Below, one piece after another: positions 1-14,105 of a stretch of 64,000 nt of DNA. The stretch covers positions 14,534,371 to 14,598,370 of the forward strand of contig NC_092678.1 of NCBI RefSeq assembly GCF_964355755.1, read 5' to 3'. How positions within the stretch are numbered: position 1 is the first letter of the stretch; every line of letters starts with the position of its first letter. Source of the stretch: Antedon mediterranea. Lineage: Eukaryota; Animalia; Echinodermata. The notes below the pieces were generated by a model. That model worked only from the letters and a program-made list of their open reading frames with translations. It was not told the origin of the DNA and made no database searches. A program made the translations under genes and the position numbers.

Positions 1-360
1 CAGAACTCTAGGTGCCTTTTTAGCAGAGATATACCTGAAAAGTGAAAATTTGGGGTCCGCCATTTTGAAATCAAACATGGTCGCCATGCAATCAAAATGT
101 TAGTTATACCAATATGTTTGGTGACCCCACTTCCATATAATTTGCACCTAAAATCAGAACTCTAGGTGCCTTTTTAGCAGAGATATACCTGAAAAGTGAA
201 AATTTGGGGTCCGCCATTTTGAAATCAAACATGGTCGCCATGCAATCAAAATGTTAGTTATACCAATATGTTTGGTGACCCCACTTCCATATAATTTGCA
301 CGTAAAATCAGAACTCTAGGTGCCTTTTTAGCAGAGATATACCTGAAAAGTGAAAATTTG
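1..360. repeat. Tandem repeat, 154-bp unit, about 2.3 copies visible (continues off the window edge)
   Basis: CAGAACTCTAGGTGCC recurs at 1, 155 and 309 with near-identical units. Confidence 0.95.
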
Positions 361-511
361 AAATCCTAAATGGCGGCTTTCCCCTGACCAAATTTTGTGC
401 AACCTTTCCATTTCATGTTTTTGACACCCTATTGAATAACTGTGCAAAGTTTCAAAATATTATCACAATTTGAAGGATTTGCCTAAAATATGCACCTTAA
501 AATGCCTACTA
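1..511. mobile_element. Right end of a probable Academ-like non-autonomous DNA transposon containing the 154-bp array
   Basis: Ends ...GCCTACTA at 511, like the CTACTA terminus at 59217; shares GCCATTTTGAAATCAA..ATGG.CGCC and CAAAGTTTCA-like motifs with that TIR. Confidence 0.5.
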
Positions 512-529
512 TAAATGGTATTTGTTATT

Positions 530-2279
530 TCATCATGATAGGAGATTTTAATTTTCCTGAAATTGATTGGATTTCTTGGAGTACAATAAAAATGAAACAC
601 ATAAAAGTAATCGGTTTATAGAATGATAGAATGCCTTAGAGAAAATTTTTTATGCCATTGTATACAGCAACCAACACGATTTCGAGATGGTCAAACACCT
701 AACATACTCGACTTAGTAATCACAATGGATGAAACCAAAATAAGTGATATTGAGATAGGTCCACCATTAGGAAAAAGGGACCACGTAACAATCTTGTTTT
801 CAAATGACTGTGTAACTAAAATACAAGAGAAAATGGAATACAAGATAAATGTCAATAAGGGTGACTATATTAATATGAAAAATTGATTACTGAGGTGGAC
901 TACCAATTTGAAAATACAAATGTTGAAGAGGCCTGTGAAGCTTTAAACCAATCAATAAGAAATGCTGTTCAGATCTGTATTCCAAAGTCAAACATAAAAA
1001 AAGAAAATCAACCTATCTGGATGACTGGTGACGTTCAGATGAAATTAAAATGAAACACAATGCATGGAAAAAGTTTACAAGGTATCGATAACAAAAAGAT
1101 TATGACAGTTACACAAAGGCAAGAAATATAGTAACGGGTGAAAAAAGGGCAGCAAAGATTGCACTGGAGCGGAAAATATGCAATGAAGTAAAAACTAATC
1201 CTAAACGATTCTGGAAATATGTAAGAGAAAAAACCAAAACAACTCAATCTATTGGATTGGTGAAGGATGGAAAGGGTAATATGGCTGATGACAATCAGCA
1301 TAAAGCTGAAATTGTTCACGCATTTTGCACAAGTGTATTCACAAATTGAATTGAAATATTTTTAATAGTATTGAATGAAGACCTCGAGTCATTGTCAGAA
1401 GTTACACCAAGAGTTGAAGTGGATGACCATTTGTATTCAATCGAAGTGACAAAGGAGGAAGTGCTTACATGCCTTCAGCAGATGAACTCAAATAAATCAG
1501 CTCGACCAGATGACGTGCATCCAAGAGTACTGAAGGAACTTAAAGAAATTGTTGCAACTCCATTAACGTCAATAAACAACATTAATCACTATCGACTGCA
1601 CAGTTACCGGAGTGCTGGAAATGTACCAATGTAGTACCAATGTTTAAGAAAGGGGACAAGACGGAGGTTAGAAACTAAAGGCCAGTAAGTTTGACATCTG
1701 TCATATACAAACTTTTGGAATCAATTGTGAGAGACAAAATTATACAGTTTCTAAATGATAGAAACATTATTACAAAAGCACAGCATGGGTTTCGGAAAGG
1801 TAGATCTTGCGTCACACAATTGCTGGAGGTGATGGAAAAATGGACAAAATTGCTGGATTCAGGGGAAAAATTGGATGCAGTATATTTGGATTTCAGTAAA
1901 GCGTTCGATTATATCTCCCACCAAAGATTAATAACAACATTGAAAGCGTATGGAATAAAAGGAAACCTACTGAGATGGATACAGCAATTTTTGACAGGGA
2001 GGAGACATTCATATTCTTAATGGTCTACGGTTAAAAGTCCCTCAAGGCAGCGTGTTAGGCCCTTTATTGTTTATAATTTTCATAAATGACCTACCTGATG
2101 CAGTTAAATCTAAAGTATGGATGTTTGCAGATGACACTAAGATGTTTAATGTTGTGCATGAAAACAGAAATGATACAGTTCAAAATGATCTCACTGAATT
2201 CAACATCAATAAATGTAAAGTAATACATCATGGAAATTCAAATCCACAAATGCAATCCACTATGACAACAGACAAAGGT
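530..2279 (+). mobile_element. CR1-clade LINE ORF2 remnant (APE endonuclease + RT), frameshifted
   Basis: GDFNFPEIDW at ~541, PTRFR..LDLV, QHGFRKGRSCVTQLL, YLDFSKAFD, LGPLLFIIFINDL, MFADD across broken ORFs. Confidence 0.9.
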
Positions 2280-3384
2280 TCCATATTTCTATCTTAGGAA
2301 GATATTTTATAGAGTTTTTTTTTTTTAAATTTATGATTTCAACAGTAGATTTTCAACTCGATTTCAATTCTTCCTGAAGCAATTTCCGGGTTCACCTTGC
2401 AACAACCTGGTTTCAACTATTTTCTCTTTTTGATACACAAGGTAGCAGTTAAAATAATAGATTTAACCCTAAAGGTGACTGAAAACAGGCACTTTCCATA
2501 AATCAATACAGTGTTCCTTTGGAAGAAGGAAGACAAAAACCGATAGTAGGACTAAGTTGCATCCATTTCAGTTTTTGTTTATTTTAGGAACCGACCGCGC
2601 ATGTGTGAAGGTACAGTAGTTAAAAAATAAAAATTATACTGCAAATTATCAAATTAAGTAAACGCCATAAAGAATCGGAGTGGTAAATAGTATTATAAAA
2701 TTACATAGGGAGATTTGATGATAAGACATTTTGTTTAAAATCGAGTGAAATCCCGATAGTGGATTGAGTAAGCTGGCAGGAATAACTGTATGCTATTTGT
2801 GTCCCGTTAGGACCGAAATGTGTGCTCATATTGCAAGCCGTAATGTCTTCTTTCTTGGGCCCACTCTGTCACGGCAGTTAGTTTCAAAAGATGTTTAAAT
2901 TAAATAATGTAATAATAATTGTTAGTATGGTATTTAATTGAATAAACGCCTCTCCAATAAAACATCACTTTGAATACTAATCGTTATGCTATTTGTAGTA
3001 GAATTCATCGCACTATTATCTACAATTTACAAAGCAGTTGTTGTTTTTTTTTACCACTTTTTATATATTAGAGGATTTCATTTGATTATAAATGTTACCA
3101 TATTATTAAAACTAAAAAAATTAACATATATCTCTCGAATAAGCACCTCCCTCAAATGAACTCCGCCTCCCCTAAAGGGCCCTACCAAACAATAAACACT
3201 ATACTTTAAAATGTTATTAATCATCTAAAACACTGTGAAACAAAGTAGTTTAGTTTTACGAATGTCAAGCATTTTCAATAATGGTAACCGACAGAGAACG
3301 TACAAGGAGAACATTTCTATCATTCCGAGAACCATTGTCTACACTTCCTAGAGGGGGAGACAGCAAAGCAAGCTCACCCTCTAG
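2280..3384 (+). mobile_element. Non-autonomous Helitron-like element, copy 1
   Basis: Starts TC(CATATTT), ends in GAGGG...CCCTC hairpin plus CTAG; no TSD; homologous over its length to 37828-39180 (-). Confidence 0.7.
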
Positions 3385-3467
3385 TTATTTATAATTTTCA
3401 TAAATGACTTACCTGATGCAGTTAAATCTAAAGTATGGATGTTTGCAGACGATGTTTAATGTTGTGC
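3385..3467 (+). mobile_element. Second CR1 RT fragment (resumes at 7197-7457)
   Basis: Near copy of 2068-2157 (FIIFINDLPDAVKSKVWMFAD). Confidence 0.8.
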
Positions 3468-6400
3468 GCCGGACTTGGCGGTCAGACCTCGACAGAACGT
3501 CTTCAATTTTAAATCTATTGTTTGTGTTTGTAAAGTGGATTTGGGATTTTTATCTATGCCTTGTTGTTTTTGTGGTATCCGTGGAGTTTATTGTGTGAAG
3601 GGGGTTGTGTTTTTGTCGTGTTTTGTTTTATTTTTAACTGTTATACTGGATATACAATTCCAGGCCCCAAACATTAACCGTGACGCCATATCGCAACAAC
3701 CTGCATGCCGTGCAGGCGATGTGTGGAATGTTAGCACAACAATCAACGATCAAAATGGAATGTCAGGCCTAGGTGGCCCAGGCCCTCTTAGGACTTTCAC
3801 TCGAGAGGAATTAATTCGCCTACAACCAGATGTAACTATAAAGCCAATTGATCTTAAAGCGATTCCTATTCACTATATTATACACAAAAGGAATAGAGGA
3901 TTCAGAGGAGGTATTAAGGCACGGGTAAGAAGAAGGAATTACAATGACTATAGTAGATTTAAACCAGCATTGCCCACGATAATTTTTGGTAATGCTAGAT
4001 CGTTAAGAAACAAAATGGATGAATTATTAGCGTGTTGTAAATATCGAAATGAATACCGAAATGTGTGTGTGATATGCATATCAGAAACATGGTTTTGCAA
4101 TACCGATCCGGATAAATTGTTAAGTATTGATGGGTTTTCCTTATTTCGTATGGATAGGAGCAGGTATGTCACCGGTAAAACTAAAGGCGGCCCTGGGGTA
4201 TATGTATCTACGTGAATAATAAATGGTGCAGAAATGTTTCGGTGAAGGAACAATATTGTTCTGTTGACATTGAATTGTTGACAATTTCGTTGAGACCGTA
4301 TTATCTTACTATATATTACTTGTGCGTATATCCACCCAAATGCTAACGACATGATCGCGGCACAGAAAGTATCTGAGGTTATTCGCAGGATGGAGAAGAT
4401 TGCACCAGATGCACCAAACTTTGTGATGGGCGATTTTAACAAAAGCTGCAAGATCAAGAAGTTCCTACCCGAGTATAGACAGTATGTTAAATGTGCTACT
4501 AGAAAAGAAAATGTATTAGATAAGTGTTTTGGGAATATTAGTGAAGCGTATACGGCTTATAAATTACCAGGTATAGGAAATTCTGATCATAATTGTATTA
4601 ATCTTATTCGGAAATATAAACAGAAACTTAAACAGCAGAAACCTATTGTTATAGAAAGATTAGTGTGGTCTGAGGATAAGGTTAATGAGTTAAAAGGGTG
4701 TTATGAAGCCACTGATTAGAATATGTTTATGGAATCTTCGGAAACTTTAAATGAGGCTACAGTAGCAATTGTTGAATACATAAAATTCTGTCAAAATCTG
4801 ATCTTACCCAAAAAGAAAATTAGAATATTTAATAATAATAATAATAAGCCTTGGCTCACAAAAGATGTAAGAAAGGAATTACTTAAGACATATATTGCAT
4901 CCAAAAACAAATGCAACGAGATGGAAAAGAAAAGGATTCAAAAATGTGTAAATAAGAAAATCAAAGCATGTAAAAAAGAATATAGAGAAAAAAATGAGAA
5001 CAAATTCAAGTGCCGGGACACCCGTCAGGCCTGGAATGGAGTTAGGAAAATTACAGTTATGGGGAAGAAAAATAATGAAATTGAATACAGTTTTAAACCA
5101 AATGATTTTATTATTTTTTATTCTAGATTTGATGAAATAAGTTTTAAATGTGAAATGACTGCATCTGCTGAAGGGTTTAAAAATGAAATGAATGATAAAA
5201 GTACAATAAAAATTGATGTAGATGATGTCAAGAAATATATTATGGAAAGGGTAAATGTTAGTAAAGCAAAGGGTCCGGATGGTGTATCAGGGCGTTTGAT
5301 TAGATCATGTGCCTCTCAGCTTTCACCAATAATAAGCCAGGTTTTCCAGTGTTCACTGAACACGGGGGTGGTACCTGATCTATGGAAGGTCTCTGAGATT
5401 ATACCTGTTCCGAAAATGTGTAACCCTAAAATCATTAACGACTTCAGACCAGTGGCATTAATATCTATTCTAATGAAGATCCTTGAGAAAATTGTTAGAA
5501 GTCAACTAATGTCTGAATGTAGTGATTGTATGGATAATAACCAATTTGCATATAAATGTAATAGAGGGGTCGATGATGATATTATAACCTTGTTAGACCT
5601 GGTGGTTTTACATTTAGATAGGACCTACAGTATGCTCGATGGCTATCCATAGACTGTTCATCTGCATTTAATTTGATGCAGCCTCATATTTTAATGAATA
5701 AAATGTCTTAATGGAAGGTTAATCCTTACCTTGCTCTATGGGTTGGTGATTTTCTTACAAATCGGCTACAGTATGTTAAAGTTGGTAAATCTATGTCAGA
5801 GATTAGAAGGATCAACACTGGTGCACCCCAAGGGTGTTGTCTGTCACCAAGTTTATTTACAATATATACTAGTGAATGTCGATCTTCATGTCATATCAAC
5901 CGATTGTGCTACTGTCCCTAGGTGATATCTGTATAACTATAGAAAATTATCCACGTTGCTGTCTGCATAAATGCTGTACTTTTAACACCGTACACTGTCA
6001 TGTAGCACAGTGTCTGTTGACAATTTACAATGAGTTTATTACCTGAATTATTTTCTATTATAAAAAATTACTTCCTAAATATACTAAACCTAACCCTATA
6101 AATAATCTCCCTCAACTATTAAAAAATTTAAGAATTAAAAAAAAAGCATGTTATTTAAAGACCTTGAACCGAGGGCTCCAGTGTGCAACATTAAAGCCTT
6201 TGCCACAAGACCAAACATTTCGGTTGGCAAACGGTGTTTGTATTTACTCTATATAGCACCCTCTATAATACTGTATTATATGTATGTTAAAAGTACAGCA
6301 TTTATGCAGACAGCATACACTTGCTGATAGTTATACAGATACATACCTATTGACAGTAGCAGAATCGGGTGGTCATATAATCAAATACGCAGATGACATA

Positions 6401-7198
6401 GTACTGATTGGTCTATTGAAAAATGCTGACGATCATGTGTATAAGGCTGAATATGTTAAATTAATGTCATGGTGCAATGACAATTACGATAGTTAATGAT
6501 CAGACAATATAACGTGTTCATGAAACCAAATATCTTGGTACACATAATTGATGATCAACTTAGTTTTGAAAAAAATACGGCCGAGATAATTAAGAAAGGT
6601 CACCAAAGGTTATATTTCCCAAGAAAGCTAAATAAATTTAATGTTAGCTGTGGTACTTTAAAATTATTCTATGAAACAGTTAATCAATCAGTACTAGTTA
6701 TCTTTTTTATTGCTTGGTTCGGTAATTTAAATGAAACACACAAGAAATGTCTCATTAGAATTACTAAGATAGCACCAAATATAATTGGTTGTACGGTTAA
6801 TGATTTAAAATATCTTTATGAAAAACAGGTTCTAAGTAAATTAAGTAAAATTTTAGAAGATAAGAAACATCCATTACATATGAGATTTTTCAAGAACAAG
6901 TCAGGCCGGTTACGGGCACCTAGAGCTGATACGTCAAGAAACCGACTGTCTTTTGTACCAAATTCAACTCGTATTTTTAACTCAAAGATTGTTAGATCAT
7001 AATAGCGCACATGCAATATATATTTTAAAGTTTTAATGTTGATGGATGTTTTAATTAATGTTTTTAAATTGTAAATTTGTTCTATGTATGATGTAATTAT
7101 GAATGTTTTACCATATTTTTTCTGTCGAGGAAAACCATTTTTCCATGTACAATTTATTTTATATGGAACGAATAAAGATTTGATTTGATTTGATTTGA
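3468..7198 (+). mobile_element. Near full-length Rex1/Babar-like LINE, decayed
   Basis: PTIIFGNARSLRNKMDEL, SETWF, GDFN, SDH (endonuclease); GPDG, FRPVAL, QFAY, KYADD (RT); AATAAA followed by (GATTT)n tail at 7171-7198. Confidence 0.88.
5897..6371. mobile_element. MITE with CA..TG termini and 7-bp TSD (P-superfamily-like)
   Basis: TIRs CAACCGATTGTGCTACTGTC / GACAGTAGCAGAATCGGGTG; GTCATAT duplicated at 5890-5896 and 6372-6378; removal restores ECRSSCHIIKYADD. Confidence 0.85.
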
Positions 7199-7457
7199 AA
7201 ACAGAAATCAAGGCATTATCTTGGTCTAAAAGATGGCAGCTGAAATTCAAAATCAACAAATGTAATGTAATACATTATGGAAATTCAAATCCACTATTGC
7301 AATTCACTATGCCAACAGAAGAAGGTGATGATCTGCCAAATGCCAATACTGAAAAGGACCTTGCAGTTACTTTTGATCAGTCTTTAACATTTTTATTACA
7401 AACGAATGAAGTTGTAAATAAAGCAAATAGACTAATGGGAAATACATTTTGCTACTA
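7197..7457 (+). mobile_element. CR1 RT C-terminal fragment
   Basis: WSKRWQLKFKINKCNVIHYG...EKDLAVTFD...VNKANR. Confidence 0.8.
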
Positions 7458-10400
7458 ATTCTAGTTAAATACAGAATAAATGAAGGGCGTTTAAAAGGCA
7501 TTTGCCTTAATCATGAGCCCGAAGATTCAAGTGAGATTCAAGTAAGATGTCTCATGCAGCATGCCGCATAAGTAACATAACAAAATGTAGTAATGTACAC
7601 ACAATAGTGGTATTTATGTCGTTATTATGAAAACAGTAGTCCTATCTTTTCCAGTAAACATCTCTATTTCCTTTATCATTTTTAATTTATAATTAATATT
7701 AATTATTTTGAATTATTTATTTTGAATTTTAGAAACAGTTATTGAACGAAACAATAAATGAAAACATGCCATAACTGACATGTGTTTTTAGAAACAATAT
7801 TACATTACATAAAGTAAATTATGACATCATTATAACCGATTTTCATTCACACATTGTATTACAATTATAGTAGCACCTTAATTTATCTGTCAATTTAGTT
7901 TAAGTAGGTTTAAATAATATTCTAATAATTATTTCTTGAAATAAATTAATTTGGGTTCTATTTATATAAAGAAGTAATTGTACAAGTTATTTTTTATTCA
8001 ATCAAGTACGATAGTTAAACACGAAATAAAAAAGTACTTACTATGGCGTTTTAATAGCGTAGCGGTTTTCAAGTAGACTGATTGTTAGTTACGTTGTAAC
8101 AAGCCAGATGTGTTGTACATAAAGTACGAATGAATGTAGCTGATTTTTATTCTTTTGAACACTCACTCAGAAGATTTTGTCATAACATTGTAAAATGTAC
8201 CACCATTATCAATGCGGCATGACCGAAAAATAGGTTTGTATTACAGCTGGTATTGATATTTATATACTGCATGATTATGATTTCTTTCTAGTATGGACAC
8301 ACTCCACTACATGTGTATTTACAATGGTCTAACCCTACAACATATATTGTGGCTTATAATAGCAGAGCACTTCGATAAAAGTACTTTGACAAATTATTTA
8401 AAAAATAAATGTATCACAAATAAAATTCGGAATTACTGTATTTACGGCCATTGAATTCTAATACACTATTCCCTGACTTCAATATATATAGGCAAACAAT
8501 TAAAGCAATAGTGCAGGGGATATGGAACTTTGACTTTTCATTTGACTGAACAATAAAAGACGCTAATTTTTAAAGCTGATTAGATTATAATTATTAACTA
8601 TTGAAAGTATTTTTTGTAAATAAAATGCGAATGAATTTAGCTGGCTGATTGTCGTTGTTTTGTACACTCATACGATTTTGTCATACTAATGTCATATTTA
8701 CAACCATTATCAATGTGGCATGACCAACATATACGATTGCATTACAGCTGGAATTGATATTTATAAACTGCATGATTATGATTTCTTTCTAGTCTGGAGA
8801 CACTCCACTACATAGGTATTTAGATTTGCCTAACCCTACAACAGAAATAGTGGCTTGTCTCATACGGCATGATGGCGCACCAGTAAGATCACAAAATAAG
8901 GTAACATACAACTATAGTATATATATATTATGACAGTATTAATAAATATTATCGGTTCCAGTAAACATAGTTATTCCATTTATGACCTCTCATTTACAAT
9001 TAATATGAATTATTTAAAATTATTTATTGCAAATTCAAAAAACAGTTATTGAATAATAAAATAAATAAATTAAAAACTATATTATGCAGACATGCCATGA
9101 ACGATATGTGTTTGTACAAACAATGATTCCATAGTATTACTAAGTGCGTCTCGCCATTTATGACATCATATAATCGATTGTCATTCACACATTTGTATTA
9201 CAATTATAGTAGTTCTTCAATTTTTCTGTCTATTTTTTAAAGCTGGTTAAAATATAATTATTATTCTAAATAATTGCATTGTGTCTTAATTTATATTTAG
9301 GAGTCCTATAGCTTTTTTTGATTCAATCAGGTACAATAAGTACGAAACAAAAAAATGACTTTCTGTACTACGAAGTTTTGCAAGCGTTGGACCGTTTTTC
9401 ATGTAAAATGTTGATTTTGTCATAGAAAAGTAGAATTTGTGACCACTATAACTGTGACATAACCGAAACATATCATTGCATTACAGCTTGAATTGCTAAT
9501 CATACATTACATGAATGTGGTTTCTTTCTAGTATGGAGACACTACACTACATATGTATTTGCGATATTCTAAAAATACAACAGAAATAGTCACTTGTCTC
9601 ATGCAGCATGCCGCATCAGAAAAATAACAAAATGTAGTAATGTACACACAATAGTGATCTTTATGTCGTTATTATGAAAACAGTAGGCCTATCTGTTCCA
9701 GTAAACATCTTTATTTCCTTTAAAATTTATCATTTATAATTAATATTAATTATGTTGAATTATTTATTTGGAATTTTAGAAACAGTTATTAAATGAAACA
9801 ATAAATGAAAACATGCCATAACTGACATGTGTTTTTAGAAACAAAATTACATTACATAAAGTCAATTATGACATCATTATACACTAATCGATTTTCATTC
9901 ACACATTGTATTACAATTATAGTAGCACTTTAATTTATCTGTCCATTTTGTTGAAGTTAGTTTAAATAATATTATAATAATTAATTATTGAAATACATTT
10001 ATTTGGGTCCTATTTTATATGAAGGACTACATTTTCTTTTTTGATTCAATCAAGTACGATAGATAAATACGAAATAAAAAAGTACTTACTATGGCGTTTT
10101 GTTAGCGTACCGGTTTTCAAGTAGACTGATTGTTAGTTGCGTTGTAACAAGCCAGATGTGTACGAATAAATGTAGCTGATTTTTATTATTTTGAACACTG
10201 AGAAGAGTTTGTCATAACAATGTAGAATTAATGAGGCATGACGGAAAATATGTTTGTATTACATCTGGTATTGATATTTATAAACTGCATGATTATGATT
10301 TTTTCTAGGTTGGATACACTCCACTACATGTGTATTCAAAATGGTCTAACCCTGAAACATGTATTGTGGCTTGTCTCATACAGCATGGAGCAGCAGTAAC

Positions 10401-10579
10401 ATCACAAGATGAGGTAATGCCCATACCATTATGGCACACTACTATAACATAATTTCTATGTTTTTTTTCTTAAAACAAATGACAATAAATGATACTTGAC
10501 TTCACTTGACTTGAAACTATTATTAAATAATGGTTTACAATATACCATATACAATAATATTATACAATTATTGTATAGT

Positions 10580-11425
10580 AAACAAATAATGAATGTTTAT
10601 CAGTGTAATGGTCCAAATAATGGTACGAGATGAATGATGAAAGGTTTTATTTCAACGAGGCAATGAGCCGAGTTGAAATATAACCTTTCATCATTCACCA
10701 AGTGCCATTATTTGTACCATTACACAAATACAAAACATTCATTATTTGTTTTATAAAACATCTAAATAAATTCCTGTCATTTCAATCAAATAAGGTAGCC
10801 CTAGCCAAGGTCTACTACATTACATTCACATTGATTAAAAAAAGGTAACATTTGGTTTTTAATAATTTTATATTAAATGTTATATTTATATGAATTTTAT
10901 AAACACACCGACTTTAATTATGTCAACAAACGACCAAACAGGCCTAGCAAGTCTAAAACGACTAGGCTAGACCTAGCCTAATACTAGCATGGCCTAGGCC
11001 TAGAGTGGTGGTGTTTACAAACGAAACTGAGACCAGACGAAAGGTGGCGCTGTTGTATTTCACAGTACAGAGCCATATTACAGCTGCAGTATATTATCTA
11101 ACATGTAATTTGTATACAGTACCATTTTTTTTTCTTCCACGAAACGATTTTTTTTTCGTAAACAAATCAAAAATGTTCAAAAGAGAAACAAAACTAAGGC
11201 CATACGACAGGTGGCGCTGTTGTATTTTACAGTACATAGCCATATTGCAGTATATCTAAAATTTAGGGTCTAGATTGTTGTTTTCGTCCGCAAAACGTTT
11301 TTTTTTTGTACACAAAAAAGTTTTAAAAAGTACTATTAAACGATCGTTTAATAGTGCGTACTATTGCACGCCATGTGACCAACATTCGTCCAATCAAATG
11401 ACAGGAATTTATTTAGGTGTTATAT
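10580..11425. mobile_element. Long-hairpin non-autonomous element (Crypton-like, inferred)
   Basis: ~170-bp palindrome 10580-10751 centred on GAGGCAATGAGCCGAG; second IR 10758-10783 / 11396-11421. Confidence 0.55.
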
Positions 11426-12140
11426 AATATAATATACAGCATGGCGTAGCATTAACATCACAAAATAAGGTAACATACAATAGTAGGTCTATTATGCCAG
11501 TATTAATACAACACTAGCAATAACCAGTGCTCCGCACGGTCTTTTTTTACCTTAATATGTTGTTATATACTTTGCATGAGCAAGTATAATAACAGCGCAC
11601 TTTGATAAAAGTACTTTGACAAATTATTAAAATAAAAAAAAATAAATACAATTCGGAACTACTGTATTTACGGCCATTGGATTCTAATACACTATTCCCT
11701 GACATCAATATATGTAGGCTAAACAATTAAAGCAATAGTACAGTGGATATGGAACTTTGACTTTTCAATTGACTGAAAAATAAAAGACGCTAAAGAAAAA
11801 TTGTGCTGTGTACATTAGATGATGCGCGTAAACACATACCGAAAGTATAAACATGCCAAACTATGTTATTTTGAGTGTTTTTTGTGGTGTAATAATTATT
11901 TGATACGTATAGATAAACAAAATTCGAATAAAAAACACATTGCTGCGGAAACACGAAGTACGTTTTTTCATTTACATTTATTTTTATTTCACTGGTTTTG
12001 ATAATTTGCAATGTTTTTGTATGGGAAATTTGTTACGTACTTGCTACTTTTGTTATTAAAGTTTGTTCTACCAGAAATCCGTGAAATCTTAATAATTATT
12101 TGCATGGCATGATTATTAAGTATAATAAAAGCGTACTTTT

Positions 12141-12472
12141 CCTGGCCACGATATTTCTTTTTGTACATATGTTGGGGACCCCTTATGACACGTCACAAAA
12201 TAAACATGACTATACATTAATCATCTCCATAAGCTACGTTAGAAATGAGCTAACAATTCGCTAATACAAAGATTTTCTGTCGAGCTGTCTGTGTAGTCTA
12301 GTGGATTAGGCTATGGACTTTACATGTCAATGTATGAGGTTCTTTTTACTTTATAGTGAAAGATAGATTTTTAGAGGGTTAGGTTAAGTTATATTTAGGA
12401 ACTTAAGTAGTTCGGCTATCTTTCACATAAGGGGCCCCATTTCTGTACGAAAGAAAAAATCGCTTCCCAGCC
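12141..12472. mobile_element. MITE, related to 33115-34074
   Basis: Imperfect TIRs ..TTTGTACATATGTTGGGGACCCC.. / ..GGGGCCCCATTTCTGTACGAAA.. Confidence 0.65.
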
Positions 12473-13403
12473 CCTGATAAATTGTTTTTTGTTTTTTTTT
12501 TACAAAAAAAGTTGTCAACAATGCAATTCGGAACAAATAACGGCCATTGATTTTGTTCTACACGGAGTATTCCTTTACTTTGAAATATCTGTAAGCTGCA
12601 AAATGAAAGCAATACTGGATTTGGGGTGCGCCTCAGAAAGTGACAACGTACATGAGCGGGAGAGACTTCTGTCAACCCGTCGGCAGAGATTAAAACATTT
12701 TAACTCACACAAAAAGTAGTCGAAATTAGATGATGCGCTCGGACACAATCATTATGGGTGTATTTTTTGTTGATATTTGATATTTAGCGGAAACACAATT
12801 ATCATTTGGATTCGTTTTATTTGTGTGTGTGTGTGTGTTTTTTCTATATTTTTGTGTGTATATATCTTTTTACTAGTTTTGTAATTACATTGTGGTTTAG
12901 TTTTGATTTTATCTTTAAACGGTGATACTTAAGTATTAAGCCTACACATGTCGCGGATTGAATTCGAACCTCCTATGCATTGATATCAATGGTCACGGCG
13001 ATGTGTACGGGGTGCCGTTTGGGAAATTAATCATTAATAATGAATCACCTTAAACAGACCTGGTTTATTATTCTTTGATTATTATTTCTTTGATTTATTT
13101 ATGATGGGTTTTCATTTCATTTCATTTCATTTATTTCGTCTCACATAATTATAACAAAATATAACAAACAATGAAAAGAGACAGGACTCCCAAAAGCGAA
13201 CACAATCAAACTATCAAGTGGGTCTCCAAGGCAAAACAAATCATCCAACAACAAAATACAAAACTACAACATTTAAAACAACGTGAAGATTAAAAAGTAC
13301 AAAATATCTGTACAATAGTTACCCAATTAGAAGGGGGGGGGGGGTTACTATTACAGTAGTGGGTTACTATACTAATCTTAAATTAGGCACTTGAAAATAG
13401 CAC

Positions 13404-13735
13404 TTGAGAAATACAGCTGCTAGGATTATAACAGGGACAGTCACATTTCAACACATCACTGCAGTTTTACAGGAGTTGCATTGGCTCCCTATTTGGTATA
13501 GGAGTATTTTCAAGATACTCCTGATTACATTCAATACACTAAATGGTGAACGTCCACAGTACCTTCGTGAGCTACTCATTTGGTACATACCTTCTCGAAG
13601 ACTTCGATCCGGTGACAAGTGTCTCCTCGTTGAGCCCAGATCTGCACGTTCATGGGGTGATAGATCTTTTTCTGTTTCAGCTCCTTGTCTGTGGAATCGG
13701 TTACATTTACACATTCGTTCAAGCCAGACGCATGT
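13404..13735 (+). mobile_element. L2-clade LINE ORF2 C-terminal fragment
   Basis: NTAARIIT...HITAVLQELHWLPI...FKILL...RSFSVSAPCLWN. Confidence 0.85.
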
Positions 13736-13876
13736 AGCTATCAATACGGACTGCATCGCTGAAAGATTTAAAAAAATAAAAAATTCGCGCGCTGTCACGA
13801 TCTTTTTCTCTTTTAAGCTCTGCCTTCTCATTTGCATGTAAAAATGTTCTGTCTTACGCTTGATTAGGCTCAGCAC

Positions 13877-14105
13877 ACAAAATGAATTTTGTCGACACAA
13901 AATGAATTTTGTCTATAACAAAATTAATTTTGACGATACAAAATGAATTTTGACGATACAAAATGAATTTTGACAATACAAAATTAATTATGTCGATACA
14001 AAATGAATGGTGTCGATACAAAATGAATGTTGACGATACAAAATGAATTTTGTCGATACAAAATGAATGTTGTCGATACAAAATGAATTTTGTCAACACA
14101 AAAAT
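13877..14105. repeat. 20-bp minisatellite ACAAAATGAATTTTGTCGAT, about 11 copies
   Basis: Direct inspection. Confidence 0.95.

Noticed and set aside
3948-4457. Antisense ORFs over LINEs (also 31231-31785, 47751-48203, 23634-24185)
   Set aside because: Shadow frames opposite TE coding sequence with no recognisable motifs
13877-14105. CRISPR-like appearance of 20-bp arrays (also 35435-35753 and 56558-57930)
   Set aside because: Contiguous tandem units with no unique spacers, no cas genes, eukaryotic context
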